DNA of 64,000 bases from an uncultured Chloroflexia bacterium (GCA_963800275.1 CAWDAI010000008.1:19447-83446); one strand, 5' to 3'. Counted from the first letter of the stretch, positions 28,686 to 39,433 are shown. Numbers and translations: made by a program. The notes: generated from the sequence alone by a model not told the origin.

Positions 28686-29826
28686 AGTCGCCTGCCTCCT
28701 CCACGGCCTGCCAGAAGGCCAGGATGTTCTCGGTCGGCACGTGGGCCTGCATGTTATGGATGCTGGCGATGACGAAGCCACCGCCGGGCTTGAGCTGCTC
28801 GATCCGCCGGACCGTCTCCGCGTAGACCTCCTCGGGCGTGCCCCGGGCCAACGTCCGCTGAGGATCGACGGTGCCGCCCCAGAAGGTGATGTCGTCGCCG
28901 AACTCGCGCTTGAGCACGTCCGTCTCCATGCCCTCCGCGGAGACCTGCACCGGGTTGATGGCATCCACGCCGATGTCGATGAGGTCGCCCATGAGCTCGC
29001 TGATGGCGCCGCACGAGTGCAGGAAGAAGCGCGCGTTCGAGCGGCTCTTGATGAGGTCGATGATCTCCTTGTGCAGCGGCTTGACGATGTCGCGGTAGGC
29101 CGCAGGGCTGAAGAGCGGTGCGTGCTGCGCGCCGAGGTCGTCGGCCTCGGCGGCGATGTCGATCTCCGGCCCGATCTCGTCGAGCACCCGTTCCCAGTAG
29201 GCCAGCTTGAGATCGGTGATCCGGCGCATGAGCGCGCGTGCGAGGTCGGGCTGGAGGGCCAGGTCCATGTAGCCGTCCTCGTAGCCGCGCAGGCGGAAGT
29301 GCATCTCGGTCACGCCCGCGCAGAGCGAGCCCACGAAGGTGGCTCGCCGCTCCACCTCGTGCACCTGTGCCGCTCGCTCCCTGAGGCCTACGAAGCGGCC
29401 GGGATCGACCGGGTCGGGCCAGGGGTAGGCCGCGATGTCGTCCCTCGTGATGGGACCTGAGAGCGGTGCGCTCACAGACTCGTAGTAGAGGCCGCCGTGC
29501 GGTCGTGCCCGCAGCACTCCGAACTCGTCGAGGAAGCGTTCGTACTGACCATCGTCGGAGACCTCGCGCTGGTACCCGTGTGGCGAGCCGCCGCTGACCA
29601 GGCCCACGTCCGCACCCCATCGCTCGAGCATGTCGGCGTGCACGCCGGCGAGCCCCTGGGTGGTGTCCACGATACGGATCTCGGCTTCCGGCAGGCCCAG
29701 GGCGGGCCGCAGGCGCGCATAGGCCTCGGCGTGGATGCTGCTGTAGCGCGTGCCGGCGAAGTCGCGCGGCACCCGGTCCGCCTGGCGGTGGTCGAGCGCG
29801 GTCAGGACGCGTTCACGTGAGTGCAT
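28678..29826 (-). CDS. Uroporphyrinogen-decarboxylase (URO-D)-family protein (MtaA/CmuA-like)
   Basis: Start MHSRERVLTALDHRQADRVPRDF (CAT 29824-29826); 382 aa with URO-D fold features throughout (…FFLHSCGAISELMGDLIDIGVDAINPVQ…). Stop is 2 nt before the nagA start. Confidence 0.75.
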   Translation of the reverse strand: MHSRERVLTALDHRQADRVPRDFAGTRYSSIHAEAYARLRPALGLPEAEIRIVDTTQGLAGVHADMLERWGADVGLVSGGSPHGYQREVSDDGQYERFLDEFGVLRARPHGGLYYESVSAPLSGPITRDDIAAYPWPDPVDPGRFVGLRERAAQVHEVERRATFVGSLCAGVTEMHFRLRGYEDGYMDLALQPDLARALMRRITDLKLAYWERVLDEIGPEIDIAAEADDLGAQHAPLFSPAAYRDIVKPLHKEIIDLIKSRSNARFFLHSCGAISELMGDLIDIGVDAINPVQVSAEGMETDVLKREFGDDITFWGGTVDPQRTLARGTPEEVYAETVRRIEQLKPGGGFVIASIHNMQAHVPTENILAFWQAVEEAGDYD

Positions 29827-29876
29827 GGTCACCCCCATTGGTCGGGCCGCCGGGCCGGAGCCCGGATGGCCGCAGG

Positions 29877-30623
29877 CTACACGCCGGGCTCGATGGTGAG
29901 GGCACCGCTGTCCTCGACCGAGAAGCCGACATTGAGTCCGTAGCGCTCGGCCGCGTAGCGCGATTCGGTGCGCTCGATCGGTCGACCGCGCTGGTCGTAG
30001 ATGAGTCGCCGCTCCACCAGCAGCGGGTCGCCGAGGGCCACCTCCAGCAGCGCGGCATCGGTCTCGTCCGCGGCCTTGGCTCCGATGGTGGCGCGGCCCC
30101 GCGAGGGCACGATCCCGGCCGCGATGAGCGCCTCGTGGAGCGAGCCGGTCTCGAGGTCGGCGGCCATGACGGCCTCGGCACAGCGGGGCGTGAGCACCGC
30201 CAGCTCGGTCGCCACCGGCTCGTCGTCGGCCAGCCGCACGCGATAGAGCGCGACCACCTTGGCACCGTGGGCCAGGCGCAGGTCCACGCGCTCCCCGTCG
30301 AGCGCGGGCCGGACCCGCCGCTCGACCACGTACGAGCTGGGCACACGCCCGCTGCGGCGCATCTCGTGGCTGAAGGTCATCAGGAAGTTGGCCCGCCGGT
30401 GGGCCGGCGGCTCGGCCACGAACGTGCCCCGTCCGGGGTCGCGCCGCACGAGGCCTTCGTCGGCCAGCTGGGCCATGGCGTGGCGGGCCGTCATACGGCT
30501 GACCCCGAACTCGGCACAGAGGTCGGCATCCGAGGGCAACCGCTGGCCCGGACGCAGGTGGGCGATGCGGGCGCGCAGGGCAGCCTCGATCTCTCGGTAG
30601 CGGGGCGCGTAGTCCATGCTCAT
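29877..30623 (-). CDS. GntR-family (HutC/UTRA subfamily) transcriptional regulator
   Basis: Start MSMDYAPRY. wHTH LPSDADLCAEFGVSRMTARHAMAQLADEGLV followed by a UTRA effector domain; 249 aa. Confidence 0.8.
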   Translation of the reverse strand: MSMDYAPRYREIEAALRARIAHLRPGQRLPSDADLCAEFGVSRMTARHAMAQLADEGLVRRDPGRGTFVAEPPAHRRANFLMTFSHEMRRSGRVPSSYVVERRVRPALDGERVDLRLAHGAKVVALYRVRLADDEPVATELAVLTPRCAEAVMAADLETGSLHEALIAAGIVPSRGRATIGAKAADETDAALLEVALGDPLLVERRLIYDQRGRPIERTESRYAAERYGLNVGFSVEDSGALTIEPGV

Positions 30624-31588
30624 GTGGTCGGCCCGCCCTCGACGTTCGCCGCCAGCGCACTCCCACGCTCCGCTGCTCGTTCGGCCCCGTGAACGGCGGC
30701 GCCGATGGCCCCGGCCCACGTGCCTAGCTCTGCGAGCACCACGTCCACGCGCTCGACCGGGGTGGTGATCACGCGGCGCCGCATCTCGGCCTTGATGGGC
30801 TCGATGATTAGCTCGCCCGCGCTGGCCCAGCCGCCGCCGAGGATGACCAGGTCGGGCGTGATGATGGTGACCGCGTTGGACAGGCCGATGCCCAGGTAGC
30901 GCCCCACCTGGGCCAGGCCGTCTCGCGCCCGCGCGTCGCCGGCCCGGGCCCGCTCGATGGCCTCGCGCGGGTCACGCGTCCCGCAGGCGGCTGCGACCTG
31001 GTCGGCCCGGCAGTAGGCCTCCACACAGCCCCGATTGCCACAGCCGCACCAGGGCCCATCGGGATCGATGGTCTGGTGGCCCAGCTCACCCGCCTGCCCG
31101 CGATAGCCTTGGATGACCTGGTTGCCGATGGCGTAGACCCCACCGATCCCGGTGCCCAAGGTCAGCCCCACGAACGAATCGACGGCCCGGCCCGCGCCGA
31201 AGCGCAGCTCGGCCAGGCCGAAGGCGCGGGCGTCGTTGATGAGCGCGGTGGGCAAGCCGGTGGCGGCTTCGACAGGCGCGCCCGTGGGCGTGGCCGACCA
31301 GTCGCCGGGCACGTTGGTCAGGAAGGTGACCACACCCGACTCGGGGATGTAGAGCCCGGGCACCGCCACGCCGCAGCTCAGCACCGGCCCGTCGGTCACG
31401 GCGTCGCGGATCTCCGTCGCCAGTGCCGCCAGCTGTGGGACCACGCTGGCCTCGCCGCGAGAGGTGTCGGTGGGCACCTGCCCGCGGTCGAGGGTGTGCC
31501 AATCCTCCGGACCCGACCGCTCCACCACCACCCACTTGGTATTGGTGCCGCCGAGGTCCAGGCCGATGTGTCGCGTCGACGGTGCCAT
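30620..31588 (-). CDS. ROK-family sugar kinase (no HTH; GlcNAc/glucose kinase-like)
   Basis: IGLDLGGTNTKWVVVE phosphate-1 motif and ROK zinc motif GHQTIDPDGPWCGCGNRGCVE; 323 aa. ATGA overlap with the GntR gene. Confidence 0.8.
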   Translation of the reverse strand: MAPSTRHIGLDLGGTNTKWVVVERSGPEDWHTLDRGQVPTDTSRGEASVVPQLAALATEIRDAVTDGPVLSCGVAVPGLYIPESGVVTFLTNVPGDWSATPTGAPVEAATGLPTALINDARAFGLAELRFGAGRAVDSFVGLTLGTGIGGVYAIGNQVIQGYRGQAGELGHQTIDPDGPWCGCGNRGCVEAYCRADQVAAACGTRDPREAIERARAGDARARDGLAQVGRYLGIGLSNAVTIITPDLVILGGGWASAGELIIEPIKAEMRRRVITTPVERVDVVLAELGTWAGAIGAAVHGAERAAERGSALAANVEGGPTT

Positions 31589-31601
31589 CCGAGTGCCCCG
31601 C

Positions 31602-32600
31602 CTACTCCTCGATGATGCGGTTGTACGCCGCCGCCACGGACAAGACGATGGCGCCAAAGAGGATCTGTCGCGCTGCCTCCGGCATCTGTAGCACCGTCAG
31701 CAGCGTGGTCAGCACCGTCAGGATCACGGCACCCACGATGCTACCGCCGTAGCCACCGCGGCCACCGTAGATGGATGTCCCGCCGATGACCGCCGCCGCC
31801 ACCGACGGCAGGACATAGACTTCGACGAGCGTGCCGGTGGCGGTCTGGGTGAGGCCCGCGTAGATGAGGCCGGCGATCCCGGCCAGGACCCCCGAGATGA
31901 CGTACAAGACGACCAGGACTTGCCAGACCCGGACGCCAGCCAGCCGGGCCGCGAACTCGTTGTCACCGATGGCATAGAGCACCCGCCCGAAGCCACTACG
32001 GCGCAATCCCAACAGGATGACCGCGGCGAGTGGGATGAAGACGATGAGGCTGTTGGGGATCCAGCCGAAGGACGTTCGTGCGCCCAGCCACAGGATCTCG
32101 TCGGGCACGCGCGTCCCGCTTCCGATGACGATCCGCTGATACACGGTCAGCAGGCCCAGGACGACCAGGCTCATGCCCAGGGTCATGATCAGGGGGTGGA
32201 CACGGAAGATGCCCACGCCGATACCGTTCACGAGGCCGATGACGGTGGCCACGACGAGGGCGAGGATAGAGGCCGCCACGACACCCTCGGCGGGAGCCTG
32301 CGTGGCCATGACATAGGCCGACATCGAGGCCACCATCCCGACCGACAGATCGATCCCGCCGGTGATCATGGTCAGGGTCTGGGAGGCCGCCAGGATGGCT
32401 AGCGGGATCGCGAACCGGATGGTCGACGAAAGCCAACGCTCATTCACGATTCCAGGGCGAACGATCTCTAGCGTGACCACAAGCAGGGCCAACAGCAGCA
32501 GCAGCGGGATGAGGGGTCGGTCGCGCATCACTCGCCGAGCCGAACCCAGCCATGGCCAGCGGCCCACATCCACGGCGCTGGCCTGAGGTGACGAACTCAT
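31602..32600 (-). CDS. Sugar ABC transporter permease (ribose/xylose-type, BPD_transp_2)
   Basis: Start MSSSPQ (CAT 32598-32600, ATGA overlap with the upstream permease); 333 aa with about 9 TM helices. Confidence 0.85.
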   Translation of the reverse strand: MSSSPQASAVDVGRWPWLGSARRVMRDRPLIPLLLLLALLVVTLEIVRPGIVNERWLSSTIRFAIPLAILAASQTLTMITGGIDLSVGMVASMSAYVMATQAPAEGVVAASILALVVATVIGLVNGIGVGIFRVHPLIMTLGMSLVVLGLLTVYQRIVIGSGTRVPDEILWLGARTSFGWIPNSLIVFIPLAAVILLGLRRSGFGRVLYAIGDNEFAARLAGVRVWQVLVVLYVISGVLAGIAGLIYAGLTQTATGTLVEVYVLPSVAAAVIGGTSIYGGRGGYGGSIVGAVILTVLTTLLTVLQMPEAARQILFGAIVLSVAAAYNRIIEE

Positions 32601-33604
32601 GAGCCACGACTCCGGAGGGCGACCAGGCCACCGACCATGACCACGCTGACCATGATCACGCCTTCGATGACGGTGGTGTAGTTGGGGTCGATGCCCATCA
32701 GGGTGAGATCGGTCCGCACGAGACGGAGGATGAACACCGCCACGATCGGGCCGACGAGCCCGCCTCGGCCGCCTGCGAGACTGACGCCCCCGAGTACCAC
32801 GGCCGCGACGCTGGCCAGCAGATACGGCCCCGGGACCGGCGTGCCGATGCCCGTGCTCATGGTCAGTGACAGGCCGCCCATGGCTGCGAACAGACCCGTC
32901 AACGCGTAGGCTGCGACCTTGGTCCTCGAGACGTCCACACCGCTCCGAAAGGCCGCCAGGCGGTTGCTGCCCACAGCGTAGAAGGACAACCCCAGGGGTG
33001 AGTTGCGCAATGGGATCCAGATGGCCAAGACCAGCACCAGGAGAAGAACGACGGCCTTGGGCGCCCACTCGCTCAGAACAGTGCCGTTGATGAGTTCGCG
33101 GAGCCACTCGGCCGAAGCGCCACCGGGGGTGTTGAGCACGAGCAAGGCTGCCCCGGCCCAGACATAGAGCATCGCGAGCGTGACCACGATGTCTGGGACG
33201 CGCGTGAGTACCACGAGCGAGCCGTTGATCGCGCCGAGCACGAGGCCCATCAGCAGGACCCCGATCACGATCAGGACCGCAGACTCTTCGCTCCCACCCT
33301 TCATCAGGACAGCCGCGGTGACGCTCGTCAGGGCCATCATGGAGCCGATCGAGAGGTCGATTCCGCCGGAGATGAGCGCGACTGCCTGGCCGGCGGCCGC
33401 AAGCGCGACGGGCAGGGCAGCCAGGGCCAGGGCCTCTACCTGGGAGGGCCCGTAGGCGGGCTGGATGACCTTGGTCACCACGAATAAGAGCGCCAGGAGC
33501 CCGCACAGCACCAGCACCCAGCTGTTGCGGCGGATCAGGCGAGTGACCGTCGCCCCGGTGCCGCCCCGATCCAGAGGCTCCTCGATGCTCGTGGCAGCGC
33601 TCAC
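32597..33604 (-). CDS. Sugar ABC transporter permease (second, BPD_transp_2)
   Basis: GTG start (GTGA overlap with the ATPase stop); 335 aa, polytopic. Confidence 0.8.
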   Translation of the reverse strand: MSAATSIEEPLDRGGTGATVTRLIRRNSWVLVLCGLLALLFVVTKVIQPAYGPSQVEALALAALPVALAAAGQAVALISGGIDLSIGSMMALTSVTAAVLMKGGSEESAVLIVIGVLLMGLVLGAINGSLVVLTRVPDIVVTLAMLYVWAGAALLVLNTPGGASAEWLRELINGTVLSEWAPKAVVLLLVLVLAIWIPLRNSPLGLSFYAVGSNRLAAFRSGVDVSRTKVAAYALTGLFAAMGGLSLTMSTGIGTPVPGPYLLASVAAVVLGGVSLAGGRGGLVGPIVAVFILRLVRTDLTLMGIDPNYTTVIEGVIMVSVVMVGGLVALRSRGS

Positions 33605-35190
33605 GCGGTCACTTCCTCCCCAGCTCCCCGGCCTGTGCCACCGCCCGCGAGGATGCCTACCGTGCCCGTCTCGCGGGGCAATCCGTAGGCGGCCCGGATG
33701 AGCGTAGGTTCGTCGGCGATGGAAGCCGGGATATCGTCCACGACACGACCGGAGAAGATGACGACTGCCCGGTCGCAAGCCAGTTGGACCTCTTCGAGCT
33801 CTGAGGTATAGAGCAAGACCGCTGCGCCCGCGTCTGCAAGGTCGCGGAGGAGCTCGTAGATCTCCCGCTTGGTGCGGATGTCGATGCCTCGCGTTGGGTC
33901 GAAACAGAGCAAGGTCCGCACGCCGCCTGCGATCCAACGAGCGATGGTGACCTTCTGCTGGTTGCCGCCGGAGAGTCGTCGCACTTCGCCCTGGGCCCGC
34001 GTGTCGATCTGCAGTCGCTTGATGGCACTCGCGACACGTTCACGCTCGGCGCCCATGTCGATGGGTCCCCAGCGACGCGGCCGCGCGGTGGAGGGAAGCG
34101 CGATGTTCTCGCGCACCGAACGCTGCATGAGCAACGCTTCGACGCGGTCGCCCGGCACGTAGACGAGTCCCTTTCTGATGGCGTCAGCGGGATGGCGGAA
34201 GTGGACTTCCCGGCCGTCGACTTCCAGGGAGCCGCGGCTCGGGCGACGCATACCCGAGAGCACACCGAACAGCTCATCCTGCCCCTGCCCCTCCAGCGCC
34301 ACGAGCCCGAGAACCTCGCCAGGGTGAAGTTCGAATGAGACCTCCTTCAGCCGCAAGCCAGCACCGATACCGTGAAGGCGCAGTCGTGCTTCGGTCTGTT
34401 TGAGAGGCACTTCAGAGACTTGTGTAGCCGCGGACGTGGCACGTCGAGCGGGTGCGGCCTCGCGCTCGTCCGAGGGCCCCATCATCAGGTCGACGATCGC
34501 CTCCGCCGCCCCTGGCTCCATGTCGACGACACCGACCGTCTCGCCATCTCGCAGGACCGTTGCCCGGTCGCAAAGCGCAGAGACCTCGAGCAAACGGTGC
34601 GAGATGAAGATGACGGACTGCCCGGTCTCACGCAGCTTCCCAACCTCATCGAGGACCTTCTCCGCCAGGTCCGCGGGCAAGGCAGCGGTCATCTCGTCGA
34701 GCAGCAGGATGTCGGGCTCCACAGCAATGGCTCGGGCCAGATCGAGAACACGCACCACGGCCAGCGGCAGGTCCCGGACCATCTCGTGGAGATCGAGGTC
34801 ATGGACACCGAGTCGCTCCACCCATGCTCTTACCGGGGACGCTGGCGTCTGGGTGAGGCGCAGATTCGCGAGCACATCAAGGTCGGGGATGAGGGCGGGT
34901 TCCTGGTATACCGAGATCAGACCTGACCGCCTCGCGGCGGCGGGCGAATGGACGTCTCGTTCCTGGCCGCGAACGAGGATTCGGCCACGATCCGGGTGCA
35001 CCGCACCGGTCAGGATCTTCACGAGGGTGGACTTGCCCGCCCCATTGGCGCCGAGAAGGGCATGCACCTCGCCAGGTCGCACCGCAAGAGAGGCCTCGCG
35101 CAACGCGACGACCGCTCCGTAGCGCTTGACCACGCCCGTGGCATCCAGGAGCAGCTCTGTGGTTTCCGGGGTGGGCTGGGGTGGCGTCAA
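33601..35190 (-). CDS. Sugar ABC transporter ATP-binding protein (duplicated NBD)
   Basis: Two Walker A/ABC signature sets (GANGAGKSTL...; LSGGNQQKV); 529 aa. Confidence 0.9.
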   Translation of the reverse strand: MTPPQPTPETTELLLDATGVVKRYGAVVALREASLAVRPGEVHALLGANGAGKSTLVKILTGAVHPDRGRILVRGQERDVHSPAAARRSGLISVYQEPALIPDLDVLANLRLTQTPASPVRAWVERLGVHDLDLHEMVRDLPLAVVRVLDLARAIAVEPDILLLDEMTAALPADLAEKVLDEVGKLRETGQSVIFISHRLLEVSALCDRATVLRDGETVGVVDMEPGAAEAIVDLMMGPSDEREAAPARRATSAATQVSEVPLKQTEARLRLHGIGAGLRLKEVSFELHPGEVLGLVALEGQGQDELFGVLSGMRRPSRGSLEVDGREVHFRHPADAIRKGLVYVPGDRVEALLMQRSVRENIALPSTARPRRWGPIDMGAERERVASAIKRLQIDTRAQGEVRRLSGGNQQKVTIARWIAGGVRTLLCFDPTRGIDIRTKREIYELLRDLADAGAAVLLYTSELEEVQLACDRAVVIFSGRVVDDIPASIADEPTLIRAAYGLPRETGTVGILAGGGTGRGAGEEVTA

Positions 35191-35280
35191 GGCGTATCTG
35201 TCCCGATCTGTCTCAGGAGAGGGTGCAGGCGAACCTGCACCCTCTCCTGCATCGATCGCAAAGCGATCGCAAGGGGTCGA

Positions 35281-36372
35281 CTATTCCTCGCCGGGACCCT
35301 TGCACGCGAGGATCTGGTCCTCGGTGTAGGTGGTCCAGCCGGGGATGCTGATGGTCACTGGCCAGAACGGATCCAGTGAGCCCGAAGCAGCGATAGCCGC
35401 CTGGATCTTCTCCTGGCCCTCAGGGGTCTGGTTGTCCCACAGCTCGGGATTGACGAGCACCGCGGGGTCGCTGGGCGCGTCACCATCAAGGATCTGGAGC
35501 GCCAGCGTCACGCCGGCACCACCCACGGAACCCGGGTTGGTCACGGCGGCTCCGACGAGACCCTCCTGGGTCCCAAGCTGGTTCACGAACTCGGAGTTGT
35601 CCGCTCCGACGACCGGGACACCCTCGATACCGGCAGTCGTGAGCGCCGAGACGATCACGCTATCGATACCGGAGGTCCAGACGCCGTCGACGTTCTGGCC
35701 GCTGTTGATGACATCGTTGATCTGCTGAGCGCCCGTAGCCTGGTCCCAGCCGGTGAAGGTCTCGGACACGATGTTGATGTCCGGATACTCCGCCAGGGCT
35801 TGCTTGAAGCCGACGTCACGATCTGTGTCGGCCTGGGCTCCGGCGATACCGCGCATGTACACGACGTCGCCTGCGCCACCGATCTGATCGAACAGCCACT
35901 TGGCGCCCATGTAGCCGTATTCTTCCTGGTCGTTGGCCATCAGATATGCGCCATCCTGCGTGACGCCCATGTCCACCGCGACCACCACGATCCCTGCGTC
36001 GATGGCCTCGGCGAGAGCGTCGTTGACGGCCTCAGGGCTGACCGGGTTGACGATGATGGCGTCGACATCGGCAGCGATAAGGTTTCGCAGGTCCTCGAGC
36101 TGCCCTGCCGCATCGGTGGTTCGGTGGGCGACGATGAGGTCGCTCACTTCGCCTGAAGCAAGGGCCTGGGCGCGGATGGAGCAGATCATCTCCTCGCGCC
36201 AGCCGTTGCCCTGCAGCGTGTTGGACACGCCGAGCTTGTAATCGCCACCAGCTGCCATCGACGCCTCGGGCGCCATGCTCTCATCCTGGGCGAGGGCCGC
36301 GGTGCCGAGGCTCGTGGCCGCGAGCGCCATGATGGCGCCGCCGGTGAAGAGCTTGCCGTACTTGTGAACCAT
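35281..36372 (-). CDS. Sugar ABC transporter periplasmic substrate-binding protein (Peripla_BP_4-like)
   Basis: Signal/lipobox-like N-terminus then a type-I periplasmic binding fold (…VVVAVDMGV…VGADNSEF…); alternative start 36393. Confidence 0.8.
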   Translation of the reverse strand: MVHKYGKLFTGGAIMALAATSLGTAALAQDESMAPEASMAAGGDYKLGVSNTLQGNGWREEMICSIRAQALASGEVSDLIVAHRTTDAAGQLEDLRNLIAADVDAIIVNPVSPEAVNDALAEAIDAGIVVVAVDMGVTQDGAYLMANDQEEYGYMGAKWLFDQIGGAGDVVYMRGIAGAQADTDRDVGFKQALAEYPDINIVSETFTGWDQATGAQQINDVINSGQNVDGVWTSGIDSVIVSALTTAGIEGVPVVGADNSEFVNQLGTQEGLVGAAVTNPGSVGGAGVTLALQILDGDAPSDPAVLVNPELWDNQTPEGQEKIQAAIAASGSLDPFWPVTISIPGWTTYTEDQILACKGPGEE

Positions 36373-36476
36373 GTGACTCCTTGTCCTCCACACATGAAGG
36401 TGACTGGGTGACCGTGGGGCGAGATACCCCGGGCCGGGTGGATCGGTCCGAAATCGGGTCGGGTCACACCTCCTCG

Positions 36477-37289
36477 CTATGGCTTGCCGCTTGGTTCGTC
36501 ATCGGGATCGCGCACGAGGGCCCGTGCCACGCGGCGCGCGTGCTCACGATACGCGCCCTCGAAGAGGGCCCGTGAGCGCTCGGCGCCGACGACGGAGGCG
36601 CGCGTGATGACAGGTGGCGTTAGGCCCCGCTCCACGAGGAGCTGGGCGATGCGCACCTTCAGGGAGTTGACGATGGCCACGTAGGCCAGCGTCGAGCCCG
36701 GACCGACGGGCGTGTCCAGCCCGGGCACGGTGACCATGGCATCCGCCTCCGGCGTGCACAGGTCGATGACGATGTCGGCCTCGTCGAGCAGGCGCCCGCC
36801 GACCGCCGGATCGGGCTCTCCGGACAGCGACTGCTCGACCCCCGTCACGGCGACCACCTTGCAGCCGCGCTGGCGGGCGCCACGCGCCACCTCCACCGGG
36901 ACCGCGGTCAGGCCGTTGGCGCTGAAGACCATCATCACATCGTCGGGGCCGAAGCTGAAGTTGTCGAGGATGACCTTGGCCAGGCCGGGCACGCGCTCGA
37001 TGAACATGGCTTGCCGTTGACCGTTCGTGCCGACCACGTCGAAGTGGTTGGACATCGACAGCTCCACGATGGGGTGGAAGCCCGGGAAGCTGCCGTAGCG
37101 CGGGAACATCTCCTCCACCGGGATGCGCGAGTGGCCCGTGCCGAAGAGGTGCACCAGGCCGTCGGCAGCGATCGAGCGCGCACACAGCTGCGCGGCCTCC
37201 TCGAGCACATCCGCCTGGGTGGTGACGATGCGCTCGAGGAGGGCCTGGGCTTCGTCGAACCAGGCCCCGCTGCCGTTGAAGTCGCTCAT
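36477..37289 (-). CDS. SIS-domain protein (UPF0309-like sugar-phosphate binding/isomerase)
   Basis: LVHLFGTGHSRIPVEEMF... SIS phosphosugar-binding motif; 270 aa. Confidence 0.75.
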   Translation of the reverse strand: MSDFNGSGAWFDEAQALLERIVTTQADVLEEAAQLCARSIAADGLVHLFGTGHSRIPVEEMFPRYGSFPGFHPIVELSMSNHFDVVGTNGQRQAMFIERVPGLAKVILDNFSFGPDDVMMVFSANGLTAVPVEVARGARQRGCKVVAVTGVEQSLSGEPDPAVGGRLLDEADIVIDLCTPEADAMVTVPGLDTPVGPGSTLAYVAIVNSLKVRIAQLLVERGLTPPVITRASVVGAERSRALFEGAYREHARRVARALVRDPDDEPSGKP

Positions 37290-37323
37290 CGTGTCGTGTT
37301 CACCTCGCTGGTCGTTCGTTGCG

Positions 37324-38239
37324 CTAACGGATGAATGGTCGGAGCTGGTCGCGGGCTACCAGGAACCCACGCTTGATCTTCTGGTCGCTGCCTTCGAAGA
37401 TCCTGTCCTCGTGCTCGATGATGATGGGTCCGTCATACCCCGTGCGATAGAGCTCGGAGAAGATCTCCGCCCAGGGGGCGTGGCCCAACCCGGGGATGCG
37501 TGGGATCTGCCAGCCGATGCCACCGCTGATGGAGCCGCGTTCGTAGAGGCCGTCTCGATCGATCATCACATCCTTGGCCTGGAAGTGGAGGATGTGCTCG
37601 CCGAACTCGCGGATGAAGCGGCCCTGGTCGATCATCAGCCAGACCAGGTGGCTGGGGTCGAAGTTCAGGCCGACGGTGTCGCCCCACTCCTCCAGGATCC
37701 GCCGCCAGACGTACGGCGAGTAGGCGATGTTGTGGCCGCCCGGCCACTCGTCGTCGCTGAAGATCATGGGGCAGTTCTCGAAGGTCAGCTTGACCCCGTG
37801 GTCGTGCGCGAAACGCACGATATCGGGCCAGACCTTGAGGGCCTCCTCCCAGTTCTGGTCGACGGTCTTGCTCGCGTCGCCACCGCAGAAGGTGTTGGTC
37901 ACCGGCAGGCCCATCAGGCCCGTGGCCACGATGACCGACTTCAAGTGGTCGATGGCCGCGCTGCGCACCGCGGGGTCGGGATGGAGTGGATTGGGATAGA
38001 AGCCCAGGCCGGAGATGTCGAGGCCCTTCTCGCGCCAGCTGGCCCTTGATCTCGCTGCCCTGCGACTCGGTCAGGTTGGCCACGTCGATGTGGGCAGTGC
38101 CCGCGTACTTGCGCTTGACGCCGCCGCTTATGGGCCAGCAGGCGATCTCCAGCACCTCGAAGTCGGCCGCGGCAGCCCAGTCGGCGACCTCCATCAGCGG
38201 GGTCTCTGGGAACGGTGCGGTCAGGAAACCGAGCTTCAC
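37324..38239 (-). pseudogene. Sugar-phosphate isomerase/epimerase (xylose-isomerase-like TIM barrel), split by a 1-nt frameshift near 38025-38028
   Basis: N-terminal part MKLGFLTAPFPETPLMEVADWAAAADFEVLEIACWPISGG...KGQLAREG (ORF 37433..38239). It continues in another frame as LDISGLGFYPNPLHPDPAVRSAAIDHLKSVIVATGLMG... (ORF 37324..37968). The shift is in a GGG run (gaagggcctc). Confidence 0.7.
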
Positions 38240-38277
38240 ATCCTCCTCCTTTGCTTGCCTGTGCTAACGGTCGTGGC

Positions 38278-39433
38278 TCATTCGGCGACATCGACCCAGC
38301 GCTCCTCCGCCGCGCTGCGGGTGACGGCGTCGCCGACCGTCATCTCGTGGTGGCCGTCCTCGAAGGTGGCATAGAGCGGTCGGTCCGGCGGGCTTCCCGC
38401 CAGAACGGCCCGGTAGATCTCCGCGAAGTGCGAGCGCATGCTGTCCGCGAAGCCTTCGACGTGGCCACCGGGCAGGGCCGTGGCCGCCACGCCGGTCTCG
38501 TTCATCAGCTCGGCGCCGCGCTGCAGGATCTCGTTGGGCCGACCACGGTGGCCGATCCAGAGATGGTCGGGCGTCTCGCTATCCCAGGCGGCGGCCGCGG
38601 CTGGCGCCGTCGATCTCCCATTGCACCGAGTTCTTGCGGCCCGCGGACACCTGGCTGATGGCGACCGAACCGCGGGCGCCGTTGGCGTAGCGCAGCAGGA
38701 TGACCGCGGCGTCGTCGGTGGTCATCTCCACCGGCTCCGTCTCGGCGGCGCGCTCCTGGCTGAACGTCTCGACCTCACCGAGCGGCTTCTGGCGGACCTT
38801 GACGAAGGTCGAGAGGTCGGCCATGACCGACGCGACGCGCTGGCCGGTGATGAAGTTGGTGAGATCGATCCAGTGGCTGCCGATGTCGCCGACCGCGCGC
38901 AAATGACCGCCCTTGTCGGGCTCCAGGCGCCAGTTCCAGTCGGTGTCGAGCAAGAGCCAGTCCTGGAAGTAGTGACCGGTGACCAGACGGACGTCTCCCA
39001 GCTCGCCGTCGGCGACCATGCGCCGAGCGTGCTGGTTGAGCGGGTAGAAGCGGATGTTGAAGTTGACCGCTGCGATCAGGCCGGACGCCTCCGCCAGCGC
39101 CACCAGCTCGCGCGACTCGGACGAGCTCACCGCCAGCGGCTTCTCGCATACGACGTGCTTGCCCGCCGCCAGGATCGCCTCGACCTGGGGATAGTGGAAC
39201 TGGTTGGGCGAGGTCACGTGGACCACATCCACGTCGGGATCGGCAAGGGCGGCTTCCAGGCTCGGGTAGGCCACCGGCAGGCCCATGCGCACGGCCGCGG
39301 CCTGGGCCAGCTCGGGCGTCGCGTCGACCACACCGCGCACATCGACCCCCAGGCGGCGCAGGGCTTCGACATGCACGGTGCCGATGAACCCGCTGCCGAT
39401 GACGGCCGCGCCGACCTCGCTGAAACGCTCCAC
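38278..39433 (-). pseudogene. Gfo/Idh/MocA-family NAD(P)-dependent oxidoreductase, split by a frameshift near 38595-38610
   Basis: Rossmann N-terminus AAVIGSGFIGTVHVEAL...; body ends ...SVQWEIDGASRGRRLG*. The adjacent frame continues AAWDSETPDHLWIGHRGRPNEILQRGAELMNETG...PGGHVEGF... (ORF 38278..38505), the canonical family C-terminus. Confidence 0.7.

Noticed and set aside
28678-30666. 662-aa ORF upstream extension of the URO-D-family gene
   Set aside because: Only the last 382 aa (from MHSRERV) are protein-like. The upstream part overlaps the GntR/HutC gene in another frame and is P/R/G-rich.
31602-33937. Long 634-aa and 446-aa ORFs covering the ABC permeases
   Set aside because: The N-terminal extensions are Arg/Pro-rich shadows of the neighbouring genes. 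Permease starts were set at the ATGA/GTGA overlap positions where hydrophobic permease sequence begins.
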